Shown piece after piece: positions 38,695-50,833 of a stretch of 64,000 bases of DNA (its first letter is position 1; each line of letters starts with the position of its first letter). A program made the translations under genes and the position numbers. The notes below the pieces were generated by a model. It ran no database searches and was not told the origin of the DNA. It saw only the letters and a list, made by a program, of their open reading frames with translations. Source of the DNA: Octopus vulgaris (Eukaryota); NCBI GenBank assembly GCA_951406725.2, contig OX597831.1, positions 61,504,001-61,568,000 on the forward strand, given 5' to 3'.

Positions 38695-39070
38695 CTTGCA
38701 TAATGACCCGGCAACGCCGGATCATAGTGTTAGTGCATGCCTAAAAAGCTGTGTGCATGCGTACATACACGTGGGTACTATCCAAATCTCCGACCAATCA
38801 CATACAGCTAGCTGGCATTCAATTGGCGTACCAAGTTTCGGGCATTTTGATTGGGTTTTAGATAGAAAATTCATTAAAAAGTCACTTCTATTGATTTTTT
38901 AATGGTTTTGCCGGGTGACTGGGAAAATGTAAACATGTGCACGACCACCCTTAGATGGTTTTGAATGACCATACAAAGTGTAAGCTCTGTAACAGAAAAA
39001 TAGTGGATTTGTATAAAGGATACACACACACAGACAGACAGACATTTTGCCATTTATATATATGTAGAGA
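38695..39070 (-). mobile_element. Helitron, same family as 10957-11322
   Basis: Reverse-complement similarity over the full length. Confidence 0.85.
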
Positions 39071-40066
39071 TGGTATTTTATTTCAGTTTTGATGATAAGT
39101 CATATTATTCAGCTAACAATGTTGGTTGCATTAATTTTATTTCGAAGAATCTTTGAAAACAAAATAAAAAAAAAAACAGAAAAGAAATGGTTTAATTACA
39201 CATTATCTTTCAAACAGATCTACTAAATTTGTTAGTGATTTGCCATGCAAACTGATCTGATATCTGAAACTCAGATTTGTCTCTTTCTATTAACGCATAC
39301 TTTAATGCCTACAAATGTACTTAACCTCTTCTCTACTGTGACGAGAAAGATCTATATCCTTAACCCCTATAGTATCTAAGTAAATGCTTTGATTCATCTC
39401 AGCAAAGTTATATTTGTCGATACCATGATGTTATCTGAATCTGTAACATGTGCTATATGCAACATATGCAAAAATGTATCAAATAAATGTAGAAGTTTAT
39501 CTTCACACTTGCTTTACATTTGCACTCAGTGTTCGAGTTATTAGAATGGAACATGAAATAATAAATTGTTCGTTCCCCACATATGGATCTTTTCAAGTAT
39601 AACTGAATACATGCGGTTCTCAACATTAGTTATTTATGATCAATACGCTACACCATACAACGAATCTCTCTCTTACTCTCTCTTTCTATATTTTATCTAT
39701 CTATGTGTTTATATAAATATATATGTGTTTGTTTATATGTATATATGTATATATATATATATATATAATATTAGGGAGTATGGCTCCAAACTTACAGGGA
39801 AAAATTAGATTTAGGATTAAATCGAATTTCACACTATAAATATATAAAATATGAATTAGAAATAAAACCACTATTAGGCAACTCAAACAGTGATAGACAT
39901 AAACCAATACATAAATAACAAATAATATAAATATAATTAATATAATATAATAAGTATTATATTATATTTATCATTCTTTTTATACTTTTTGAAAAAAAGA
40001 TCATACTTAAAATTTAAATTTTGTATATATATATATAGACAGACACACACGCACACACACACCATA

Positions 40067-40228
40067 TAGGCAACACTCTGGCTGTCTGGTAACATGTTTG
40101 CTTTCCAACTACATGGGTCCAGGGTCAATCAATCTTACTGTGGCACTTTGAGTGTGTTCTATTATAGCCCTAAGACAGCCAAAGTCTTGTGAGTAGATTA
40201 TGTAGACAGAAACTGAAAGTAACTCATT

Positions 40229-40274
<46 letters not shown>

Positions 40275-40685
40275 GTCACCATGATAGATCGTTAGTCACT
40301 GCACACATTTTTTCCTCTCCTTGTTTTTTTCTGTGTCCCTTTCTGTAGAAGAGCGTAGGCTCGAAACGTAAAAGACTTTTTATATTCCCGAGCGTTATAC
40401 TAATACATCTGTTTGTTTTGTACACCACCTGTCTTAATCTTTTGTTTTTTTTCGTAAACTCTCCCTATATATGTGTGTATTTGTGTTTGTTACCTGCCAC
40501 TGCTTGACAACTAGTGATGGTTTGTTCACATCCTCATAACTAAGTGTGTGAGCAGACAACCCTGATAGAACAAGTACCAAAGTTAAAAGTGTAAGTGCAA
40601 GGATCGATTTCGTTGATTAAACTGTTGAAGACAGTGCCTCAGCATGGCATGGCTGTAGTCCAATGACTGAAACAAGTAGAAAATT
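40067..40685 (+). mobile_element. Old family-B SINE with a PLE pLTR fragment (40275-40470) inserted in its TA tract
   Basis: SINE head and tail flank a fragment containing the hammerhead-like motif. Confidence 0.75.
40338..40376 (+). ncRNA. Minimal type-I hammerhead-ribozyme-like motif (non-canonical U at position 6)
   Basis: cttt-CTGTAGA-A-GAGC-GTAG-GCTC-GAAA-CG-TA-aaag: stem I 4 bp, stem II 4 bp, palindromic ACGT stem III. Confidence 0.55.
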
Positions 40686-40927
40686 ATATGAATATATAGT
40701 TTGATTTTTACATTTTAGTTTTGCATTTTTACACTGATACAATATTATATTACTTCCATGTTTTATAAACATTCACATGAAGATTGTTATCAAAAATGAA
40801 GGTATTTGAAACATAAAATTGTAAAGATACTAAACAAAAGTGCAGACAACAGACTTTGTTCAATTTTATTAACAGATATATTTATCTACATACAATCTTA
40901 TGAACTTTGAATTATACATATATGTGT

Positions 40928-40982
<55 letters not shown>

Positions 40983-41366
40983 GTGTGTGTGTTTGCGTGT
41001 GTGTGTGTGTATACACATACACATATACACACACAGGCATGCATATATATATATCATTGCATCCTGGTTAATCACAGTTCTTCATTTAGGTTACAAGAAA
41101 AATGTAACATCCCAACATTAGTCCATTAGATATGGTGATTAAAAAAAAGGATACAGCATCAACTGAAGGTTGCTGGAAAGACCCTGGCTATATTTAAAGG
41201 AGATAGAAGATGTAGGCTCTTCTTGTATAATGAGTTCAACCCAGCCAAAACATATATTTTACTAAATTTCCACCCTTTTGCCTACCATTGCATCCCCAAA
41301 ACTCTATATGCCTCCAGTACGTAAGTGGCTATGAACTTTCTGTTTGGATATCTGAAAAGTCATTTA

Positions 41367-42601
41367 CTGGATCGTCAAGTATGAAATTTGTCGTATGGTA
41401 TATGGTAAACTTTGACAGCTGCTCATTTTGTGCCATTATTATATTTTGACAATTTAAATTTTTTCTTAGAAAGCTGACACATCTATTTCTTTATTCTAAC
41501 TCATTTTACACTTCATAAAGTATTTATAAATCGTTTTTTGCTATTTTTGTTTAGAGATGGATAAGTCGGAAATTCATACAGTTTTGAAATATGAGTTCTT
41601 TCTTGGCAATACAGCATCACAAACAGCTCGGCATAGTAATGGAGTATGTTATTCTCATGTTATTATACAGCAGACAGAATCAAATTAATTTGCAAAATTT
41701 CGTTCTGGTAACTTTCACCTCACAAACGAACAATGTGGTCAACCAGAAACAAAGGTGGATAATGACGCACTGAAAGCTACCGTCGACTCAGATACATCTC
41801 ACAGTGTCCTTGAACTATCGTTGTTGTTTGGTGTTAACAAGCAAACAATATCGACTCACCTGGTTCAAATCAGTAGTGTGAAAAAGTTGGATTAGTGGGT
41901 TCCACATGAACTCAATGAAAATCAAAAACAGCAACGTTTGGAAGCCTGCATTATGCTACTTTCTCATCATAAAAATGAATCCCTTTTGGATCAAATTGTA
42001 ACAGGATGAGAAATGAATCAAATGCAACAACCATAAATGTTCAGCACAACGGTTGGACAAAGACGAGCCACCATTAAAAGAAGCTGATGGTGTGTGTTTG
42101 GTGGTCTGGGACAAGTGTGAACCATTATGATTTCATTAAACCTTGCTCATCAATCACAGCCAAAGTATACTGCAGCCAAATGGATGCAGAAACTTACAAA
42201 AAAAAACCAGCCGAGATTAGTCAACAGATCCACTCCTATTTTATTGCAAGACAACGCCAGACCACACATCGCAGAAATGACATTAGCAAAACTACTGGAG
42301 TTGCAGTTGGAAGTTCTCCATCATCCACCATACTCACCTGATCTTGCCTCCACTAACTACCAGTTCTTCCCAAATTTGGATAACTTTTTGATAGGAAAAA
42401 ACTTTAATTCCAACGATGCTGTAAAACAGGCCTTCCAAGATTTTATTGACTCTAGATTGCTAGGCTGGACAAGCTAGCTTTGAAATGGCAAAAGTGTATT
42501 GACAATATGGGTGTATAATTTGATGAATAAAATTATTCCTTGTATTTATAAAACATTAGCAAACTTTTTTTCTTTTCTACAAATTTCATACTTGGAGCTA
42601 A
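41367..42601 (+). pseudogene. Full-length decayed mariner (DD34D) transposon
   Basis: TIR core CAAGTATGAAATTTGT at both ends, TA flanks; ORF from 41558 with WVPHEL, IVTG(D)EK, LLQDNARPH, HPPYSPDLA motifs; frameshifts and stops. Confidence 0.92.
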
Positions 42602-44027
42602 TATATTGTCTATGGGTAATATTCAGTGTGAAGCTGGCAGTAACATTCTGGCATGTTATATGCTATAACCAGTTATATATTGGTTGACGATTCAGAAATA
42701 TACCCACTCTTTTATTTATATTGAGCATGCTTTTATTTCAGACTTATGGGCAACTAACCAATATTGTATATATGGAGTGTATTTGTGTAGTATAAGCATG
42801 TGTGCTTGTTACCAATTTAGATGCAAGTGAATTATGCTCGAATCATGTAGAATAAGAAAATTAGCCGATATTGGTTGAGAAATATGCTTCTATTTGCAGA
42901 CATATTGTGATTAAAAGAAAGAAACACTGAATTTGACATTTTGTTGTACATAAAGAATCAGAAATTTTCACATCAAAAGAATAAGAATATATATATATAT
43001 ATTCAAAATGAAGGCAGAAAACCAAAAAATGCATGGGAAAAAGATCCAAAATCACTCAGTGAGAAAATGCATGTAATCCTATAAATTCTAATAGGTGAGT
43101 TCTTTTGAAATGTTAAAAGCTATCTATTCATTTTTATCAATAGAATCGGTAGGAAGCAAAAAAAAAAAACAAGACAAATGAATCAGTTGAGTTATTTTCA
43201 AGTTATCACAAAGTTACAATTAGAAAACTACTTTTCTGTAAAGATGATTTCGAATTCATATCCATTAATTAAGTTACAGATATTTACAAAAAAGAGATGT
43301 CTCGAAGCATTTGCTTTAAGAAATATATATATGGATGAACAATATATGCCAATCAGAAAAGAAACTGAAATTAGCCATAATACTGAACTGAAGTACCAAA
43401 ATCTCTAAAGAACCAAATCAGGCAAAATTCATTCTTATAATGAATCAATGCCCATTACCCAATGCTATTTTCTTCTTCTTCTTCTTCATTTCTGCTTGCT
43501 GTGATGAAAAATTACCCTTATTGAATATCTCTTGCTCTAGGTCACTGATAACTCAGTGAAATCCTATTTAAGAATCTGCATCAGACAATGCAGTCTTTCT
43601 TATATTATGTAAATAAAATCATACATTTAACATTGTTTCTATTTTCTTAACGATGAGAAATGTCATTTTTGATAATGAAGTCTGAAACTGCGAATAGACA
43701 TACAAAAAGATTTTAAACTTCAAGAATTTTTCTTTTTTTCAAAATGGTACATTTTGAACGAAAATATAACTTCTAAATGGCTTAATAAAAGCAGTATGGG
43801 GCATGTAATTTCATGATTTGTTATTCATCCATAAGTTGCTGGAGGATGTGATAATGGTGATGATGTCAATACCAAATATGTAATCATACTCACAGATAGT
43901 AGCTCTCACTCAATTGTAACTACACACTGTTACACAGAGATATTTATGCAATATTATAAATTAAACACACTGTCACATATATGCACTCACACAGCACAAT
44001 AACCATAGACATTCACACACACAAACT

Positions 44028-44417
44028 TGCGTCCCCAAAGTCCATCCCCTCCTCACCGTGGTGGGGACGCTGGCAACGGGTAGTGTCAGAGCTATGCCGT
44101 CAGGAACTTCGGTTCCTGATAGGGCCACCCAAGGCGGATTGGTCTGACACCAAGTGGTATTAGGGCCACAACCCAGCAGACGGGGCTCTGGTGAAAATCC
44201 TCAGCATGTCTGTTTCGGCAACTGGCGGCTCCTCGGTCATTCTGTCCCTGCATCTGCGGACAATTTACAGCAAACAGAATGTCTCTACATGCGGGATTGT
44301 TGGGGACCGCTTGTGAAATCCACATATTCCCTCGAAACTTCTTTTGCCTCGAGGTGCTAGTAGAAGCTGACTCAACCCGCCCAGGGTGAATGTTGCCACA
44401 AGTACAAGTAAGCAAGT
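44028..44417 (+). mobile_element. Bipartite non-autonomous RTE derivative (RTE 5'UTR fused to RTE 3' end)
   Basis: GAGCTATGCCG...AGGGCCACCCAAGGCGGA resembles BovB/RTE 5' ends; 3' end GGGTGAATGT.GCCACAAGTACAAGTAA shared with the element at 27544; perfect 13-bp TSD ACACACACAAACT. Confidence 0.75.
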
Positions 44418-44779
44418 ACACACACAAACTGTTACATAATGTTATTTATAACAATGCTCCCCCACAACTCTGGCTCATTATCAGAGATGCACATATTGTC
44501 AGCCACAAAAGACATGCTCAAGCAGCTGATAAGCAAGTTTGTGCCATTGAGCAGAATATTTTTACTATAATGATATTTCTGCTTCAGCAACTTAGTCCTG
44601 AATCTGTCTGAAATGTAATGGAAAATAGGCCAGTTTTGAAAGATTGATGTCCACGTCACATAAGCAAAATTTGAAGGGAATAATAGTCATTAGTCATTTC
44701 CTTTGATTTCTAGACAGAAACAAATAGGAAATAACATTTACTGGTCAAACACAAAATATATTCTTTCTTTTCTTTCTTT

Positions 44780-45180
44780 TTTCTTTTACTTGTTTCAGTC
44801 ATTTGACTGCAGCCATGCTGGAGCACCACCTTTAATTGAGCAACTCGGCCCCGGGGCTTATTCTTTGTAAGCCCAGTACTTATTCTATCGGTCTCTTTTG
44901 CCGAACCGCTAAGTGACGGGGACATTAACACACCAGCATCGGTTGTCAAGCAATACTAGGGGGACAAACACAGACACACAAACATATACGCACACACATA
45001 TATATATACATATATACGACAGGCTTCTTTCAGTATCCATCTACCAAATCCACTCACAAGGCTTTGGTCGGCCCGAGGCTATAGTAGAAGACACTTACCC
45101 AAGGTGCCACACAGTGGGACTGAACCTGGAACCATGTGGTTGGTAAGCAAGCTACTTACTACACATCCACTTCTGAGCCT
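44780..45180 (-). mobile_element. Family-B SINE
   Basis: Full length, reverse orientation. Confidence 0.9.
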
Positions 45181-45669
45181 ATATATAAAAATAAAAATTT
45201 TGTTAATCAGTACAGTTCATAAATTTCAATAAGTTTGTATATCGTGTAGTCATTTCAGGATTAGCCTTTTGCTTGAGAGTCTTGTCAATGCAAATGATGA
45301 ACAGTTTCTTCAGATGCTGTTTTAATGGATCTAATCCTAGCCATTGGTCCTCAAAATAATTCTACATACCAGAAACATATACATTGACAGACAAATTGCT
45401 CTCCCACAGAACTGTAAATGTATAGATTTTACATAGGATCTTTCACATAATTGTGTAATTATACTCACAGTCATGTAACAGGTACTTTTGCACCTTAATT
45501 AGAACTTTGGATAGAATATATTTTATCTGCTACGCCGCTTTGTGCTTTGAACTCAAATCCATCTTAAATTGATTTTATCTTGCATTATGAATAAGTTCCA
45601 ATCAAAAGTGAGGGATTAATGGATTTGTTAGAGGGCTGGGCAGCATAACTTGCAGTGCATATTCTAGAT

Positions 45670-45889
45670 CAGTGGTTTTCAACCAGGGTTCCGCGTAACC
45701 TTAGGGTTCCGCCAATACAGTCCAGGGGTTCCGCATGATGTTACAAAAACTGCCAAAATCTGCAGTAATTTTTAATTCTCTTGTGCAGATATGTGTGCAT
45801 AAGACAATTAAATTATTGTACAGGGGTTCCTTGAGCCAGTGGAATGCTTTCTTGGGGTTCCGCTCCAGCAAAAAGGTTGAAAAGCACTG
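45670..45889. mobile_element. hAT (Buster-type) MITE
   Basis: TIRs CAGTG.TTTTCAACC...GGTTGAAAAGCACTG; perfect 8-bp TSD TTCTAGAT. Confidence 0.93.
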
Positions 45890-46326
45890 TTCTAGATGTT
45901 TGTCTTCTGATTTCAAAATACCTCTTATCGCTGGCCACTGCAGGGCAAGAAGTTGATACTTTAAGATCTGGCTAATGATGATGGGTTTCCGATGTCAGAC
46001 AAAGCAACACATTGGTTACAGCAGCATCTTGATCACTTCTATAAATACAAAAGGATCTGGCAAAAAGCAGAACAAATAGTAGGTTGGACAAAGAAAATCA
46101 CAAGAGGGCACCAACTTAATGTCATAACATATGAGTTATTACAGAGCGACACACACACATAATATCATAGTGTAAACATAGTCACATAAAACTCTCATAA
46201 TTCATACATTATCACATAGAAAGTACATATCAAAATGTACACACTGTTACATTAGGGACACTCACATGTCATAATATTCACATTGGCTCTTAGGAAACAT
46301 ACACAGAATATCATAATGTTCATATT

Positions 46327-46744
46327 TATTTCTTTACTGCCCACAAGGGGCTAAACATAGAGGGGACAAACAAGGACAGACAAACGGATTAAGTCGATTA
46401 TGTCGACCCCAGTGCGAAACTGGTACTTTATTTATCGACCCCGAAAGGATGAAAGGCAAAGTCGACCTCGGCGGAATTTGAACTCAGAACGTAGCGGCAG
46501 ATGAAATACCTATTTCTTTAACTACCCACAAGGGGCTAAACATAGAGGGGACAAACAAGGACAGACAAAGGGATTAAGTCAATTACGTCGACCCCAGTGC
46601 AAAACTGGTACTTTATTTATCGACCCCGAAAGAATGAGAGGCAAAGTCGACCTCGGCAGAATTTGAACTCTGAACTAAATGGCAGACGAAATATCGCTAA
46701 GCATTTCGCCCGGCGCGCTAACGTTTCTGTCTGCTCGCCGCCTT
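46327..46744 (-). mobile_element. Family-A SINE (two units); 3' partner in the U2 chimera
   Basis: Near-consensus reverse copy. Confidence 0.92.
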
Positions 46745-46877
46745 TAGCCCCTAACACTTTGCCTTGTTCGAAAAATCAGTTTAATATCGATGGCCCCCAA
46801 ATAGGGACCGTATCAGATATTAAGCTGATAAGAACAGATACTACACTTTGGTCTTAGCCAAAGGGCCGAGAAGCGAT
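46745..46877 (-). pseudogene. U2: U2 snRNA retro-pseudogene (about nt 1-133)
   Basis: Minus strand ATCGCTTCTCGGCCCTTTGGCTAAGACCAAAGTGTAGTATCTGTTCTTATCAGCTTAATATCTGATACG, including branch-point recognition GTAGTA and an Sm-like ATTTTT; 3'-truncated. Confidence 0.95.
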
Positions 46878-46906
46878 ATAATGTACATGTTATCACATGA
46901 AGTGAC

Positions 46907-47278
46907 TGTAGTGATGCCTGGTTCTAGACACCATTGTGGAACATTCATTCATGCATGCACATAGAATTAGAGCTTTCCAGAGATTTGACTTCTGACCAGA
47001 CAGGACGCAACTTAGGCCAGCTCCATGGAGCTGGAATCCTGACGGTGAGCAACGTTGCGAGTCTGTGAAAATGCCTTCGTATTTTTGTGGCTAACCATCA
47101 ACCCTGCTGCTTCCACACCAAGGCATCCAGGCTACCGATGTCCAGAGATGAAATGTTTATTCAGGTGAAATAAATTATCATTGTTATTTGTTCGGAGAGT
47201 TCTTGTCCTCGCCTTTTCCTTCCATGAACTATGTATGGAATTGTGAAACACCCATCCAGTGCCAACTCATTTCCTACA
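46907..47278 (+). mobile_element. Solo LTR (Gypsy-like)
   Basis: TGTAG...CTACA termini, AATAAA near 47169, perfect 4-bp TSD TGAC. Confidence 0.75.
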
Positions 47279-47364
47279 TGACTGACATAATATCATAACA
47301 TACATATTGTCACCATACAAACATATAATATACACTTTGTCACATAGAGGCATTTGTTTGTAGC

Positions 47365-47622
47365 TTCTCAAGCCATGCCTTGCTCATAAGGGCCAGTTTC
47401 CCGGTTTCTTTGACGTATAGGTTCCCCACCTGGATGGGACGCCGGTCCATTGCAGGTGAGCTGCAAGATGCAGGAGGAAAGAGGGAGAGAAAGTTGTGGC
47501 GAAAGAGTCAGCAGAAGCTTAGGTGTTTCACTCATAAACACACACATTGCCCGGTTTGAGATTCGAACCCGCAATCCCTCGACTGTGAGTCTACTGCTCT
47601 AACCACTAGGCCATGTGCCTCC
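47365..47622 (-). mobile_element. Family-C-related SINE, tail type 3
   Basis: tRNA head; tail CCTGCAATGGACCGGCGTCCCATCCAGG. Confidence 0.82.
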
Positions 47623-48578
47623 ACCCATAGAGGCATTCACATATCATTACACATTATTATCAGATAAATACACTTGCTAAATGTGGTAATTATATACATT
47701 ATATACATTATAACATAAAGGCATTATATGATATAATCCACCTACGTGTAAATATATTGTGCTTATATATACTCAGCTTACATTCATAAAATCTTAAGAC
47801 AAATATGTAATCTTATACACAAATACAGTTGACACACATTATAAACAAACTAATCAATAAACATGTACTCTTGTAGACAATTTAATCTGTGTTGTAATAG
47901 TTTTTATTTTATCATTTAGAAAGTTGAATAGTATTTTACACCAATATCTACAGACTAGACATTCACTCTGTTTTTAAAAATAACATTTCAAAATCTAAAA
48001 CACGTAGATCAAGAACAATCTCTGATGTTTTCCTACAAGTTTGGAAATTTTGTTTGCTGTATCTAGAGTTTCATGCAGATTTCTTGAAGGGGAAATGAGA
48101 AAAAAAAAAATTCCTCAATGCCACATTAATTTCATTCAGCCGAAACTTGTTTACTAAAGTGACTCCGAAGACATGCAACTAAGATATCGTATTGCTTTAT
48201 TAATGGAAATCATAGCAGGATGTAAGACAGGCAATGTGTTCTTCCTGGATAATCTCAAATAAATCTGTTGGATAAAGTGAGAATCTAGATTGATTTATTC
48301 ATTTAAAATTCATTAGCATTGAATTGTTCTGCAGGTATGTGCAGAGACTAAAACAATAACAAACCAACAAGGTAGCCTCTACATAGTCTAGTCAACTGAC
48401 TGCATGAAACTGGAACTAACTAACTATCCCTCAAATTGCACTCTTATTGTCTTCGGAGAGAAATGTTTATATTGGGCAATATAGTTCTCCATGATATACA
48501 CAAAGACAGTCCTAAATGGAATGCTTTCCATTATAGATTTTATCATTCAGTGCTCACCTAGAGCTCAGCAACAACAGT

Positions 48579-48990
48579 GGAGGTGCAATGGCCCAGTGGT
48601 TAGGGCAGTGGACTCACAGTCGGAGGATCGCGATTTCGATTCCCAGACCAGGCGTTGTGTGTGTTTATTGAGTGAAAACACCTAAAGCTCCACAAAGCTC
48701 CGGCAGGGGGGGGGGGGGGGTGGCGACCCCTGTTGTATTCTTTTGTTCCAACTTTCTCTCACTCTTTCTTCCTGTTTCTTGTCCCCGACTTCCTACGCAA
48801 CCGCTGAGCCTGGATGCGCATTCGTCCATCCATCGATGCTCTCGGTGTCGGGGGTTGACCTGCTTTCTCTTCTGCGGGTCTTACAAATAGCAAAGGACCA
48901 CGTTTCGGACTTCTCCCATCTTGCGAGCTCTGGGACGAAGACCGTTTGCTCAACAGCAACAGCAACAACAACAACAACAACAACAACAAA
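48579..48990 (+). mobile_element. Family-C SINE, tail type 2 with (CAA)n end
   Basis: Same head as 22611, different 3' part. Confidence 0.88.
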
Positions 48991-49349
48991 TGAGTGATAG
49001 AAAAATTTCTTGCCTGATTTATTGTTGTTGTTTACTGCAACTCTTATCCTCATTTTGTGTCTTTCTCATGTATCACTGCCAAAGAAATCACAAACGGCAA
49101 GTGCAGTGGTATGGGACATGACCACACGAGCATAGAAACTTCCCACCACTAGTTTTTAATGAGTTCCCATATCGTAATTTTTCTTAAACATGAGACTATT
49201 GCCTTTTAGAATTTGGATCTGAAAATTTTTAATCAAACCCCTACACTTCTCAAACTGGTTCATCTCAGGATTTGGCATATTCTTTCTTCTATGTATTTTT
49301 TATTTACTTCATCCAACAACACACTCCTAAACAGTAACCTTGAAAATAT

Positions 49350-49753
49350 ATATTTCTTTACTACCCACAGAGAGGACAAACAAGGACAGACAAATGGATT
49401 AATTCGATTATATCAACCCCAGTGCGTAACTGGTACTTAATTTATCGACCCCAAAAGGATGAAAGGCAAAGTCGACCTCGGCGGAATTTGAACTCAGAAC
49501 GTAACGGTAGATGAAATACCTATTTCTTTACTACCCACAAGAGGCTAAACACAGAGGGAACAAACAAGGACAGATAAACAGATTAAGTCGATCATATCAA
49601 CCTCAGTGTGTAACTGGTACTTAATTTATCGACCCCGAAAGGATGAAAGGCAAAGTCGACCTCGGTGGAATTTGAACTCAGAATGTAATGGCAGACGAAA
49701 TATAGCTACACATTTCACCCGGCGTGCTAACGTTTCTGCCAGCTCGCCGCCTT
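49350..49753 (-). mobile_element. Family-A SINE (two units)
   Basis: Flanking duplication AACCTTGAAAATAT. Confidence 0.9.
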
Positions 49754-50833
49754 GAAAACAACCTTGAAAATATCCTCAAGTGGAAACCTGACAGTACATT
49801 TCTCATCATTAACATCAAAACACAGTCAATGCATTTGTCAAGAAAACAATCTGGTCATAAGTATATCGTTTATACTCACGAATACCATAGTTAAAACCCT
49901 CACACACCCTGGGGCCAGTCATTCTAGATGGTCATCTAAGGCAAAGAGAGTTTCTATGTAGTTGTTTCACCTGCTAAACTAACCGCCCAAATTCCCTCAA
50001 ATACCACACTACTGTCTTAAGAAAATATAGTCATGGATATATTAAAGGACACCACAAATGTTAGTCACTTCTGATGACCTTATATCCACAACATAGCAAC
50101 AACTGCATTCCAATGAGTGGATTTAGAAACAGAAAATACTTCAGCTATGGACACTTGATAATACTAGAGAAATGTCAAGTGAGATTTAAAATGGAGAGCA
50201 TATCTGAATTGGTACTGCTGTTACACATATAAATATTCTTGGCTGCATATGCCCCACCAAAACAACAACAAAAAAAGAAATACTTGGATACTATAATTGG
50301 CATATTGGCATAGTGTTGTTCTGTTACACACTATTCCACTGGTAACTGATTCTTTACAACAAAAATGCAGTAAGCAAAGTTGTAGCTGATTCACCAGAAG
50401 AAGGATGTGCACAGATCTGCTCAATCAGGGTTGACAAAAGCTGAAAGCTATTTCCTTCAGAGCTTGAAAATAGTACAGATATGATGGGTCTTTAACCTTC
50501 AGCAAAACCCAAGTGCAATATACATCAAAGTACCGCTATACACAAACATTCTAGGTAACTGGCAAAAGTTCACTGATCAACATTCTCCAACCACTAGTCA
50601 CAGATGCAGTTTGTTCTCTATGATTTTCCTGCAAATACTGTAGGGTATTTTGATATTTCAATTTTTTTGTTGCTATATTCATTGAAATACTCTGTTTATA
50701 TTTCAATTAAATTTAAAAATTAAGAAGAAATTAGTTAAATAATATTGTGATTATTAAGCTGGTGTTTAGAATATAAATTAGCTTAAAATTATAATGGGAA
50801 GTTTTAACTGAGACCACTTTAAACCTGGGAACT

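Noticed and set aside
46745-46877. Functional U2 gene
   Set aside because: 3'-truncated, carries substitutions, fused to a SINE, and no upstream promoter context is evident
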